From assembly GCF_009834535.1 (NCBI RefSeq), contig NC_045696.1, positions 26,104,001-26,168,000 on the forward strand: a stretch of DNA of 64,000 nt. The letters are read 5' to 3'. The notes under the pieces are model-generated. The model was not told the DNA's origin and ran no database searches. It saw only the letters and a list, made by a program, of their open reading frames with translations. This DNA comes from Camelus ferus. Taxonomy: Eukaryota. Positions 1 to 11,795 of this stretch are shown piece after piece. Every line of letters starts with the position of its first letter. Within the stretch, counting starts at the first letter, position 1. The position numbers and the translations under genes were made by a program.

Positions 1-110
1 ACAAGTGATTTAAACTCTGAATTTCTGACTTCTGATCTGTAACACTGGGCTAGTATTGCCTCCTTTATAGGAATGTTCAAATATTAAAGATTGCATTAAA
101 AGTACTTTAG
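1..110 (+). mobile_element. MIR SINE 3' fragment (degenerate)
   Basis: ctctgaatttctgacttctgatctgtaacactggg...gcctcctttataggaatgtt...attaaa resembles the MIR core and 3' consensus. Confidence 0.45.
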
Positions 111-414
111 ATATTATTAATCCCAACGCAAATGCCAGTTGTCATTTTTACATGGTGTGAGTCCTAGAGGTGTCCCTAGAATTCTCCTCGAAGCCTGGTC
201 CCTTCACTCCAGCCGAAAACTCCTTGAAGATAAGGACCACATTCAGAAATTCTGTTGTGTTTTTCTTAGTACAGAATATATACTAGGACTTCAAAATTGG
301 ATTGCTTCTTGGGATTAAGTGTACAAATTCCTTGGACTGATGGTAGTAAAACAATGAAAAACCAATAGTGATTGTATCATTATGATGTGTAAAATTGGTC
401 AGTTTTTTCTTTTT

Positions 415-700
415 AACATTTATTGAATCCCTGATATGTACAATGCCTCAAGCTAGATGCTGTAGGTTATGTAAGGCTATACGGGGGCTCCTACTAGAAG
501 AAATACATGTTTCTAGTGGAGGTATTTTATTAACACATGAGACAGAATAAATAAATGAATTAAGTGCTAAATAGATGAACAAGACATGTTATAAGAAATC
601 AGCAGGAGGAATGATTCCTTACGATAGTATAGGGGAAGAGTCTGGATGTCAGGAAAAGATGGTAAAATCCAACTGTTGGACCTAAGTAGGATTGTAATAG
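415..700 (-). mobile_element. L2 LINE 3' fragment
   Basis: acatttattgaatccctgatatgtacaatgcc...gctagatgctgtagg is the typical antisense L2 3' end. Confidence 0.5.
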
Positions 701-3700
701 TTTGAGAGACAAAAATACAGATAGGAAAATGTACAGCATGCACAAAGGCAGGGATCCATAAATATCATAGGGTTTATCTAAGGAAATGTTAGTAGATGTA
801 TGGGGGATGCTAAAATATAAAGAGGAGAAATCTTCCATGAATATTTTTTTCTTAGTCTATTTCCGGATATTGATGGAGATATTTTGGGAGATTCCACCTT
901 AAGTACATGTGAACAAATGAATAGCTAATTTTTATAAAAAATGAAAGATCTTTGGACTAATTTTACTTAGTTTATGGTAACAAATATTGTATTTCCATTT
1001 TGATTTAAAATGATGAGGATGGTGGCTAAAAATAAAATGAACCAAGTTTTATGCATGTTGCATTTTAACAAGTTGGAAGTCTCATTGGAATGCACTGCCT
1101 TCTTGCTCCACATTTATTTTTGGAATTTAATAAGGCGCCTGTCACATCTGCCTCAAGGCTAAAAAACATCATGGGGGAGAAATCCAAAGTACTGTCATGT
1201 TTGAGTGACATGGAGCCAATTTTATTTTATTTCCTTTTCATGAGGGTGGGGAGATAGTGGCTGAAATTAGCCAACCTGACTTCTGAAAAGGCATCACTAT
1301 ACCATCTGTTCTAAAGGCCTTGTGCTGGGGTTAACTGGTAATGACATTGCCCAGTGACATTTGTCAGGTGGATTTGACTCAGAAAACCAGTAGAGGATTT
1401 TCATTAAAAAAATAATTCCTGCATAGCTTATTCTCATGATAGATTCTAGTGGAGTACCACATGTCTCCAGAAGTGGGTCTCATTACCTGAGAAACTTGGG
1501 AAGGTAGTAACTTCTTTATTTCTTCTTTGTGCTCCCAGAGCACATAATTAATATACTGACTCATTTAGCTCAACTCTCCAGTAGGATGAGGCTGTGTGAA
1601 TACAATGGAGACTTCAGAGAAACTGTGGCAAACAAGTATGGTTTCTGATTCTCATCCAAGGTGATGGAAAAACTCTGCCATTTACTGCTTCTTTCTTTCA
1701 AGTTGATGTTTAGTACAATGTGACTTTTTAAAATAGAATCATAATATGTTAGGATTTAAATGGAACCATAAAACTTTAAAGAATTTTAAGTAAGACCAGA
1801 TATCACAGAAAGATCTTGCTATTGCTGAATTATTTATAAAATTGGAAATCATAGCTGAAGGATCTGTCTGAGGCATAAAAATAAATTATGTACCATTATA
1901 TGAGTATGCTGTCGTAATTACTGGAATAAGCACTGCTAATGTTTTGCTAATTAAATCTGAGTTAAAGTCCATTTTTTTCAGTAGTTACCATAGGGAAGTA
2001 AGTAAGTTAATTAAATAATGTGAACTTAAAAGCAGGTAACATAGTACTGTTATGCCAAATAATATGTAATGTAAAAAAAGTCAAGAATTTGTAGCCAGTC
2101 AGCTCTTCTTACCTTATTATTTGGAGTTTTCTGCCTCTTGGGTAAAAGGAAAAGAAATATTAAGTCTAAACCAATTTTTTTTTAATGAGTTTGTGCCTTC
2201 TTGGGCACAAAGAGAGATTCCAGAGCTCTTCCCTGAATCCCAGAAGACCACTGAGCTAAGATCAAGAGTTGAGTTTGGCTTTAAGCCTGGTGTGTATGTA
2301 TGTGTGTATCGGATGGGTAAGTAAGGGTGGAGGAGACCACTGTAGAAAAGTTTAACCTTGAGATTTTCTAGCTACTCTCAGTCTAGTCCCAATTATATAG
2401 GTTGAATCAATCCTCAGTTGTATGGAAGATAATTTAGTAGTAAGGCAAGATCTAACCACTAGATGTTGAGCCACCATGTAAGAAATAAAATGAAATATGA
2501 GATAGCAAAATGAGCTCTGCCCCCTGTCGAAGTTAGTGCACACTTTAGCATTCTCAAGGAAACGTGAATCATGAGACATCTACTGTCTTTTGATGTGTTG
2601 GCATTCAGCATTTTATATTCTCTCCCTGATAGAACTCCAGGATGATATTGTATAGAGTCCCTAAAATATTCTGAAAGCCGTAAAGAAAGCAGTTTAGCAC
2701 TTTTTTTGGTAAATAATTCACTTAATTTAAATAAAATCTATTCCTTGGAGAGACTCTGCCTCTTGATTATACCTGGATTTCATCTTATTTTACACAACCT
2801 GTCTCTTTGGGGAACAATTTTTCAGTCAAAAAATGGGAAGATTTATCGGCTGTATGATTTGAGTGATTAACTGGTTCCCTAAACACTTTATTGCTTAACT
2901 GGTCGTTGATAACTGATGCAGAAAGTTGAATGGGGGTGGGGTGAACTGTGTACATTCAACTTAATGAAGGATTTAAGGTAAATTCCAATGAAGGAAAAAA
3001 GGGAGCAACTTTAAAATATTTCACTCTTAGTAAACAATTGCACTTATTTTATTTCACTGGTGATCTACCAAGAGAGGAATCATTCTGAACAGATTGAAGC
3101 CTTTAGTCCATGACTGCAGTTATAGGTTCCAAGCTTAGAGCTGCTTCATTTAACTTAAATGTATCACTAATGATATTTGCTGTGGAATTGTGTAATGCTT
3201 CTCCCATGAGCAGCTCAGAATAGCTTCTGAGCTTTGAGTCTAGTCTTTATTCCTGGAGCTGGCTAGAGTAGGTTGTCATGGAGCTAGAGGAGAAATCAGC
3301 AGACTCTATTTATGTTTTAGGTAGAGGATACTGTCTTTCTTCTGTTAAATTTTAGAATTAGTCTGCTTTGCAGGGGCACTAGTCTGAGTGCTTAACAGAG
3401 TACTTTGCACGTGGTGGCTCAGTTAAGTTTTGTTATAGTGATGAGAGTAATTTCATATTCACATCCTTAGTATGAGGCCAGTTGTCACCCTTCAATTATC
3501 CTCTCACAAATACATGGCTTCTTGTCTCTTCAGTGAGATTCACTGTGGTACTTACAGAGTATTTCCTCTATAATCAGAAATTCTGAGTGATAGAATCATC
3601 TTCCCAGACAGAAAGGCATGGTGTTGCTGACTTTGTGAATGTTGTGTGTTCCTTTTTTTTCCTTTGGATTTTAAGGGAAATAAAGTTTTACAGATATGTG

Positions 3701-4092
3701 AGACATTAGTGAAAAACAAAGACTGTATGACAACATAGTAGGCTGTAAGAACAAAGCCTTCGCAGGTGTTTGAATAGAAAAGGGTGATTGGTATTCACAT
3801 GGCCAATGACTGTCAGCTTTATATTCATATTGCAAGTGACATTTAGGTTCAGCTGCATAATATCATCTATCAAATTAAAAAGAGATTGTTAAACTAAATT
3901 TTAGAAGTTGCAGTTTTACACTTAAATTTTTTGTAGTTGCCCAAGGATATAAACTTGTGAAACTTAAACCTAATTTTATATTTGTGAATTCATATGTACA
4001 CTTAAGTAATATAAAACAAATAATTTTTAATATTAGGAGTCAAAGAGAATGCTTCATTTATACTGATCAAATTTGAGGATAGCTACTATATG

Positions 4093-4131
4093 TGATGTTG
4101 CTGCTGCTGATGGTGATGATGATGATGATGA
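4093..4131. repeat. (GCT)n/(GAT)n trinucleotide microsatellite
   Basis: tgatgttgctgctgctgatggtgatgatgatgatgatga seen directly. Confidence 0.85.
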
Positions 4132-4454
4132 CATCCAGGACTCAGCTCCATAACCACAGAAAACTAACAGCTGGCTGGAAAGTTTCATAATTTTTGATTT
4201 AGTGGTGGTTTTTTTTTCCCTGATTTTTCATGTGTAAGTTTTACTTGAGGAACCATGCTTCTAAGGAAGCATTCCGAGTAAGTTTTTTCTATATAAACAC
4301 AGAAAAACTTTGTTATATCATAGCATACTAATATTCTACATGCAAGAAGCCAGATTATAGCCCTAAAATATTGCTATTATATAAAAAATGTAAGTAAAAG
4401 AACTAGCCTGCTTTCAAATCACTATAATTCGAAGTAGCATATTAATTTCAGATC

Positions 4455-4590
4455 TTGAAAGACCTAGAACTGAGTTCTCTCTTAGCCTTTGATTGATTTA
4501 CTGTGTACTCTTGATCAAGTTATTTAATAGCTTGGGTCATTTTAAGTCTCCTCATCTGTAAAATGGAGACCCTCAGACTACCTTGGAAGA
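4455..4590 (+). mobile_element. MIR SINE fragment
   Basis: gacctagaactgagttct...ctgtgtactcttgatcaagttatttaa...ctcctcatctgtaaaatggag matches the MIR core. Confidence 0.7.
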
Positions 4591-6657
4591 TTACTTTGAA
4601 TCTGGTAATTGTCAAAAATGCCTAGACTGGGCTGTCTCCTATTGGGATTTCAATAGATGTTCAGCCTCCTCCCATTCTGTCTATCATTCAACAGGTAGAA
4701 ATGCCTTCTCCCTTTCCCTTTCAATCTCTGGTCTCCCCTTACACCTCAGGCTGGAGGCAAGGAGGCAAGGTGGAGCTGGGTACCATATGCCTAAACGTGG
4801 TGTGTATCAAGATAAAATCTGTCATAACCTTAGCAGATGGCTGGTTTTACTTTTTAGGTTTAAGCATTGTTTTAATCCTTCTTTAAAAGTAGATTAGTCA
4901 AATCAGTCAAAGTATATACAGTCTTTGTGCACTATGACTGAACCATGCAAATAAAATAGCAGCTGAGGCAGACACAAGCCTTTTCTTTCAAAATCCAGCA
5001 TTAAAGTGTTAAATGACTGGAAGAGCACTCTCTTTGATGTCCACTTTGCAGTCTTCTTACTTACTTTGTGATACACCTGGATTGTATATTAATTGCCACC
5101 AACCACTGGTAATGCCTTTTAGTGTTGGGGTTTTTTTTGCAGCTGTGATTCATAAGTAGGGAGAGGCCACTCTTTCCTTAAAAACAAAACCTGGTGCTTA
5201 ATACAGTGACTCACAGTGACAAATGTATGCATGACTTATTCATAAATCACTTCACTCATTTTAAATGGCATTTGATGTTTTTCAAAGAAGAAACATTTCA
5301 CATCTTGTTTTTAAATTAGGAATAAAACAAAAAGTTTTGGTAAATTAATTCTATAACCGGTCACCTGTTTAGAAAAGGTGAATTACTCTATTTGACAAAG
5401 CAGCATTAAATTAATTTATATGACTAGTTGTATTAACCTTCAGTTTATGTTGCTTTGAAAAATGTAGGGTTCACTGAAGTTGGCATTACAGATGTGTGTG
5501 GAACATTTTAAAATCTAAGTTAAAGAGACCTAGAAAGTGTTGCAAACAAATTTTTGAGAAGCCCAGTATAGGAGTCCTCAGCTGCCATATCTCTGTGTTT
5601 CTCCAGATGGCCAACAGATGTTTCTGTTGGATTCTGCAAAAAGGGGACTGCCTCTGAAGTACACAATTTCAACACTAAAATTTTGACTTTAATGAGAATA
5701 TTAGAATGATAATTGTCATTACTGGGAGGCTATTTTGAAAGGTGAATTTAGAAATTAACAGTAAAAGTTCATTCAAGCCAAAGAAATATTTCTACAGATT
5801 GAGTCAAGTATTTAAAAATACTTGTATGGAAGGGGTATTTAAAATTAAATCAAGTGGGGAATATAGTTTCTCTAGAAGTAATTTACATAAAGAGCTTTGC
5901 ACTATAAACTGCAGAAATAAGTTTAATATTCATTGCATAGTTCTATTCCAAAAGAAATCTTCTTAAATTTTGTCTTTTTAAAATTAAATCTAGTATTACC
6001 AAGCTGTTATGAAATATGTGTCCTTATATGAAACAAAGTTTTCTCTAGGGTAGAAAAAAATTAAAATCTAGTAAGGCAATAAAAGTTGTACCGTGTGATC
6101 AATGGGCCTAAATGAGTTTAAAATGATGAAAGATCAAATATTTTTTTCTCTTTTTTGTCAATAAGAAATGACAACATATGTCACCACTGGGACAATGACA
6201 TTTTTCTATTCTAAATGTTTGGGTTATTTCCATTAGAAGATTGTGGCTTTCATAGACACAGATGTGGATTCTAAGCTCTGGATACGGTAAACTAAAAATC
6301 CTGGTGAGGAAATAACCTAGAGCCATGAATATAAAAACTGACATTAAACAAAAGTCCTAATTATAGTATTTGAAATATAGTGTTCAAAATAATAAAAAGG
6401 ACTCATATTGGGCCTAATATTTTCTTTTTATATTCTGTTTTTATATTTAGCTTAATTACTAAATTTGAGGAGAATTTAGCTAAGTAATTACTTTTGATTT
6501 TGTTTGAGAAGGCAAGATCTATTGCTATTTTTTTTTCTTTAAAGACATCATTTACAGCTATCTAGTGAATAGTGATGGCTATATTGGGTCAACATATTTG
6601 CATTTTAATTAGATAAATAAAAAACTTAATTTGTCTAATGTGGTTGCTTTTTCCCAG

Positions 6658-6701
6658 GAAGCAGAAAGAGGACTAAACCTTAGAAGTAGCTTTACAACGT
6701 A
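6658..6701 (+). other. Candidate 44-nt exon (unassigned)
   Basis: Branch-like ctaat, polypyrimidine tract gctttttcccag, purine-rich start GAAGCAGAAAGAGGA and donor gtaagt at 6702-6707; no recognisable protein. Confidence 0.25.
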
Positions 6702-7009
6702 GTAAGTAATGAAAACATTTCTGTTTTTGGCTTTTTGAGAGAATGATGATTTTGGTTCATTTCTCTAAGCTGAGAATTTAAAATCTAAAAACAAAACTAT
6801 CAAAGATCCTTACTTATAGTCTAATGTAATGCTGAAGTTGAATACCTTTCAGAACTGTTAGAAAATTGGGAAGAATTGCTCCACATTTTAAAGTTTGGTT
6901 TTATTACAAGGTGTTTTTATTCTTTTTTTTTTTTTTTTTTTTTGTCAAATTAGAGTGAGAAATTAAAGCACTTCTATCATAGCATTTGCTATAGGCCTTC
7001 TCTGTTCTA

Positions 7010-7165
7010 GGCATTTATTTCAGTTACTTTTATTTAACCTTTATTTCCTTATTGAACCAGCATTACCATTTGACAGAAGAGGAAACTGAGGGTCAAAGGG
7101 GTTAAATGTCTTGCTCAAAGCCACCCAGCAGAAAAGTGGCAGAATAAGAGAAAGGACCAACCACC
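7010..7165 (-). mobile_element. MIR SINE fragment
   Basis: ccatttgacagaagaggaaactgagggtcaaaggggttaaatgtcttgctcaaagccacccagc is the antisense MIR core. Confidence 0.8.
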
Positions 7166-7715
7166 ACGGTTCTCTGACCCAAGGTTTAATGACCTATTCG
7201 TTGAAGTTCAGTTGCCAGTTTTGTGCATCATAGAGGCAGGCTAATATATATCTTTTCTTAGAGAGAAAAATATACTGAAATCCAAAGTTTAAACCATACT
7301 TTTGAAGGAAAAACTGGAGAAGGTGAGTCTCCTCATTAAGATCCCAAATATCTGGGGAGGTAGGATTGAGATTAACACTGAGGAGACTGAATTTTTTTTA
7401 TTTAAAAAAAAAAATGTAGAAACATATAACCCAGTGAAATATGAATTTAGGGAGCCAAGATCTTTTTGGATGTTTTGAAGTCAAATTCAGTTGACTGAAA
7501 TGAGTCTGAAAGTAGAGAAAAAACTTTCTTGAGGGCACCTGTAAATTTAAATAAAAGTGTGGCAAAGTGAACATTTGTAAGAATTAATAACACAGGCCTA
7601 GTGTAAAGTGGTCCATGTTTTGAAAACTGTTCAACTAACAAGCAGATGTAGTATCGACAATAAATACATTTAAGCTCCAGTCTTTGGAGTTCCTAACCAT
7701 GTGACCACAAATCTC

Positions 7716-7733
7716 TACTGCCACCTTGTGGTT
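7716..7733 (-). promoter_or_regulatory. Candidate CTCF binding motif
   Basis: Minus strand reads aaCCACAAGGTGGCAGTA, a close match to the CTCF core CCASYAGRKGGCRS. Confidence 0.45.
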
Positions 7734-8607
7734 GCAAGTCAATTTCAGGGACAGGCTCCCTGAGCTGAGGAAAGTTAACCTCTGAAGTGCTGAACAGTAC
7801 AAGATGTGGATGGCAGCTAAACTTAGTTTCTGAACTCAGGAACCAAACAGTCTGGGAGAACACGGTTACTACCCAAACTCTTATTATAGCAATTCAGAAA
7901 CCCCATAAATATGGAGAGCAAGGCTATTTTATGGACATCACAGGATAAAAAACATTAGCAGGAATAGGAACTAAATTTCATTTAAGATTCTTTTGCATTC
8001 GTGGTGAAAGAAGACATTCTGTTTTTAAACAAATCCCAACCATCAATGTAATTTTCATCTGGAAAAATATATTTTAATTTATTGTGTAGAAAGCACCAAG
8101 AGAACAGTCTTGGCAATGGGAATTCTATGGGTGTATGAGAATGGAAGTTTTCCAGTTCCTTCTTCACATGTAGTTGCATTCATAAAACTGACCAATCGTG
8201 CTTCTGTCTGGAGGTTGAACATTTACTGCAAGTTGTACACCAGCTTTGTTGTCAGCCTTGAGCATGTGTTTCAATTATCACATCAAAAATATCTTTGATT
8301 CCAACATGATCAATTATTGAAGCTCTAAATCTGACAGCTAATGTTGTCTATAAACTCATTAACCCAGGGAAGCCACCTGATTGTCAACAATTGATCAAAA
8401 TTTTGTTTGTCTTTAGATAATTTCTCTTTAGGTGCCAGTGATCCTCTTGTTTTAATTTTACCAGCAGAAATGGGATTAATAGATCAAAATAGTACAGATG
8501 ACAGCAAAAGACAAATCTAAAGTACTTTCTATTTTATCCTAGAAATATTTAAAAAGCCAATATTTAAACGTTATTACTGTTTTTATATTTTATAATGTTT
8601 AAGAATG

Positions 8608-8813
8608 TTTGAAATCCCGGGATTTCAAAATTGTAGAATAGACTACACTGTATAGCACCGGGAAATATACACAAAATGTTATGATAACTCACAGAGAAAA
8701 AAATGTGACAATGAGTGTGTATATATCCATGAATAACTGAAAAATTGTGCTGAACACTGGAATTTGACACAACATTGTAAAATGATTATAAATCAATAAA
8801 AAATGTTAAAAAA
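8608..8813 (+). mobile_element. Young LINE-1, severely 5'-truncated (3' UTR only), with 5' fold-back junction
   Basis: Near-identical to the 3' ends at 15133 and 20311; AATAAA plus A-tail; TSD aagaatgt at 8601-8608 and 8814-8821; TT/AAGA target site. Confidence 0.92.
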
Positions 8814-9229
8814 AAGAATGTAATGCATCTTCGTACTAAAAATAAGTCTGTATCAATTACAAATTATGAAATTTGGGAAAATTATTTAATCTTCCTTATG
8901 TGCATGATGAGGATAACATCAAGATCATGGAATATAGAAGAGGTTGTGGGAGTAAAAATCCTTAGTGTGCTTTTTATAAGTGTATATATGTACCTGTGTG
9001 TGAAAACAATAAATTAAAAAGATCCCTATTTTCTTTGGCATAACATCTTGACATCTCGTATCTTATTTAGCTTAAAGATGGTGGGAGATTTAAGGATTAG
9101 TACAAAAAGTTTGTACAAAAAGCTTCAATAATTGATCAATTGGCTTTGTGAACTGCTTTATTTGTGGAAAATATTGATGGAGAAAGAAGAGGAATAAACT
9201 AGGCCCAAGACAACCTTTTGCTCTTAAGA

Positions 9230-9680
9230 GCAGTGGGTGAAACCAAGGCTCACCAGGAACACCAAAACGAACAAACCCTGGTGCTGTCTGAGGAAGCCAG
9301 CCTGCTTGCCTCAGTAATTTACATTGTGCGCCGGTGGTTTTCTCAGGCAATGTTTAGATCCTTTTTGAAAATGGTCTCCGAGTTATGCGCTAAAACAGCA
9401 CTGCTAATGAAAGCCCTCCTAGAATATAGCCTCATTAGCTCTCCCTTTTTTGCTAATCCACAAATTCTGTTCTTCTTGGTGGACACCTGCTGGTCCCTCT
9501 CCCCTCCCCCTATCTCAGCAGAGATATAATTGCCAACGAGTGCAGCGAGGTTTCATATTACCTAGATATGTGGCTTATGCAGACTCTTCCATGAGACTAT
9601 CTGTTGTCAATAATTAAGAGCTATCAAAACACTTGGCTAATTTACACTTGATAATCTGAAATGAGGGTCCCTGTGATCAC
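9230..9680. promoter_or_regulatory. Putative conserved non-coding element / enhancer
   Basis: Repeat-free; about 7 CpGs in 9265-9550; many TAAT/ATTA homeodomain cores. Conservation is inferred, not tested. Confidence 0.5.
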
Positions 9681-11269
9681 CAGTTTCTGTTTTATTATTT
9701 AAATACACATAGTGCACAATGCAGACTGGGCCCTAAGCAAGCCATATCAGGGAAAAGATTGCCTTTTCAGCAAACAGGATGTAGCCCAAAGGTTATGACA
9801 AAGCAACAAACAACCCTCTGAAAATCTTTATTGCTGAAGAGCTTCACAGAACAGGTGGGACTTTTGAAGCACTTTTGAATGCTGAGATGATGCAACCTGG
9901 CAAGATTTAATTGGCAAGCTGTTGTGGTCAAATGTAGAGACCATGAAAATGGGCATGCATTTTGGACCTGAGTAGGGCAATAGAACAGTATTTCAAAAGA
10001 AATCATTGCTAGAAATCATAGGAAATCACTGTACATTGACTAGAAGAAATAAAAAGTGTTACTTGTTAGACAGTGTAAACTCACAGTAAAAATAAAGGGC
10101 AATGTAGTCTACGTAAACAGTGAAAAACACTTGATTAAAAAAAAAGGTCAGATTTGTGTTTTCAGCAACATTATCTTAGCATAGGACCTAACTAATCTGA
10201 TTATTTGGACAGAATTCAAGGCTTTTATGATTTTCTACTTGCCACTTAAGAGGTGAGAGATCACAGTGTAACTGAAGTTGTTACTTGTATTTTCAGATTA
10301 TGGGTTAAGATACAATTGAGGAAAAATAATGTGTAATAAGAAACAAAGCCTTAAAAATATTTTGATAATAATATGTCAGATATTTTTATTTGAATCTATC
10401 CCATAAATAAAATGTTTTGTTATAATATTATTTAAACATTTCTTCAGCTAAAATGCCTTGAGTGGACTCAAATTGTGTGAGTGGAACAAAGTAACATGTA
10501 TTAAACTCTGCTAGACAGGAAATTCATGACTAAAGATATTGGTTTTGTAACCTATTGATGAGCCACATTCTGTGAGTTTCAAATAATGTGCCAGCACATT
10601 AGAGGGAGGCCAATGTACCATGGAAAATATTTATAGGAGATTAGAAAGGTGGATTCATATCCACTTATATGGATTTCAAGTGAAAGCATAGCTGGAAATT
10701 TTAGGTCAACCCTACAAGTAGAAGCAGAAATAATGTTGGTTTAAGTAATAACCAAAATAATTAGAAAATATACTAAGTAATTTTGTGAGTTGGGGTGAAC
10801 ATGGCTGCTATGGAAGTTTAAGTCTGTTACTTTTTTTTTTTTTTTAATTCTGTTACTTTTTATTTAATCACATGGTCTTCCTCAATTTTCTTAACTTTAG
10901 AAGTTGAGAAATTATACTCATTTTCCTCAGAGGAGCAGACCATTTGAAAAGTCAAGCTAAGAATTTCGAGTATTTCAGTACCCATCTTGGCCAGGTTATC
11001 CATGATCCTCTTCTCTAAAATCCTACTTATGCTTCAGAGTCCAGCAAAAATGTCTCCTCAATAACCTTCTGTTGTAAATAAGTATGATCTCTCTCCTCAA
11101 CTTCCAAAGTTCCTTTCTTTGAGAATGTCTCTCTTTTATCTATGTATAGGTCTTTATGTACCCAAAACTCCACAAGGTTGCTTTGAAGAAAAAGATTTCT
11201 TTCAATATATGGGTATTTTGCAAAAGCCCCTGATGATTGGCCACTGCTGCCCATTCCATTTTTCTTTCT

Positions 11270-11795
11270 TTCCGTAGTTTCCTCCCATTTTACATTCCAG
11301 CTCTGCTAAACAATCAGCTGAGCTTTGCACACTCAAATCTTTTATTTTTTGGTTGTTTTTCCCTGGCCATTCCCTTGGCTAATTCCTTTTAAGCCTTTAA
11401 TTACTTCTCAGCCGAGGTCTCCGTTCCTTTGCAAAGCCCTTCCTGATACTTTCCTCATATTCATATCCAATTTAGTGACCGTTCTCTGTGTTCTTAGGAA
11501 ATTATCTTCTGCTGTTGTAGTTAGCACTTCACAGGCTTGTTATTACCTGTTTTCTTGTCTGTTTCCTTGGCCAGACAGAATTTTCTCTATCCTTGAGATA
11601 AGAATCATATGGCATATGGTCAGTGTACAGTAAATATTAAGGAACAGATATATGAATTAGCATTAGTAGAATGTAAGCATCATGAGAGTTGGGATCCTGC
11701 TTTGTGTATCCCTTATCTCTGGTACTTGGAACAGTGCCTGGCCCATAGAAAACCTTCAATAAAATAGTTGTTGCACGAATAAACAAATAAATGGA
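11270..11795 (+). mobile_element. L2 LINE fragments (two 3' ends in tandem)
   Basis: agaatgtaagcatcatgagagttggga...cagtgcctggcccatagaaaaccttcaataaaatagttgttgcacgaataaa, preceded by another degenerate L2 tail at about 11600-11660. Confidence 0.7.

Noticed and set aside
2244..2316. Possible 73-nt exon ending in GG|gtaagt
   Set aside because: Weak acceptor and low-complexity TG-rich content; such pseudo-exons are common by chance.
9090..9529. Overlapping 86-aa and 103-aa ORFs over the enhancer-like block
   Set aside because: TTG starts, no recognisable domain or splice structure; better explained as non-coding.
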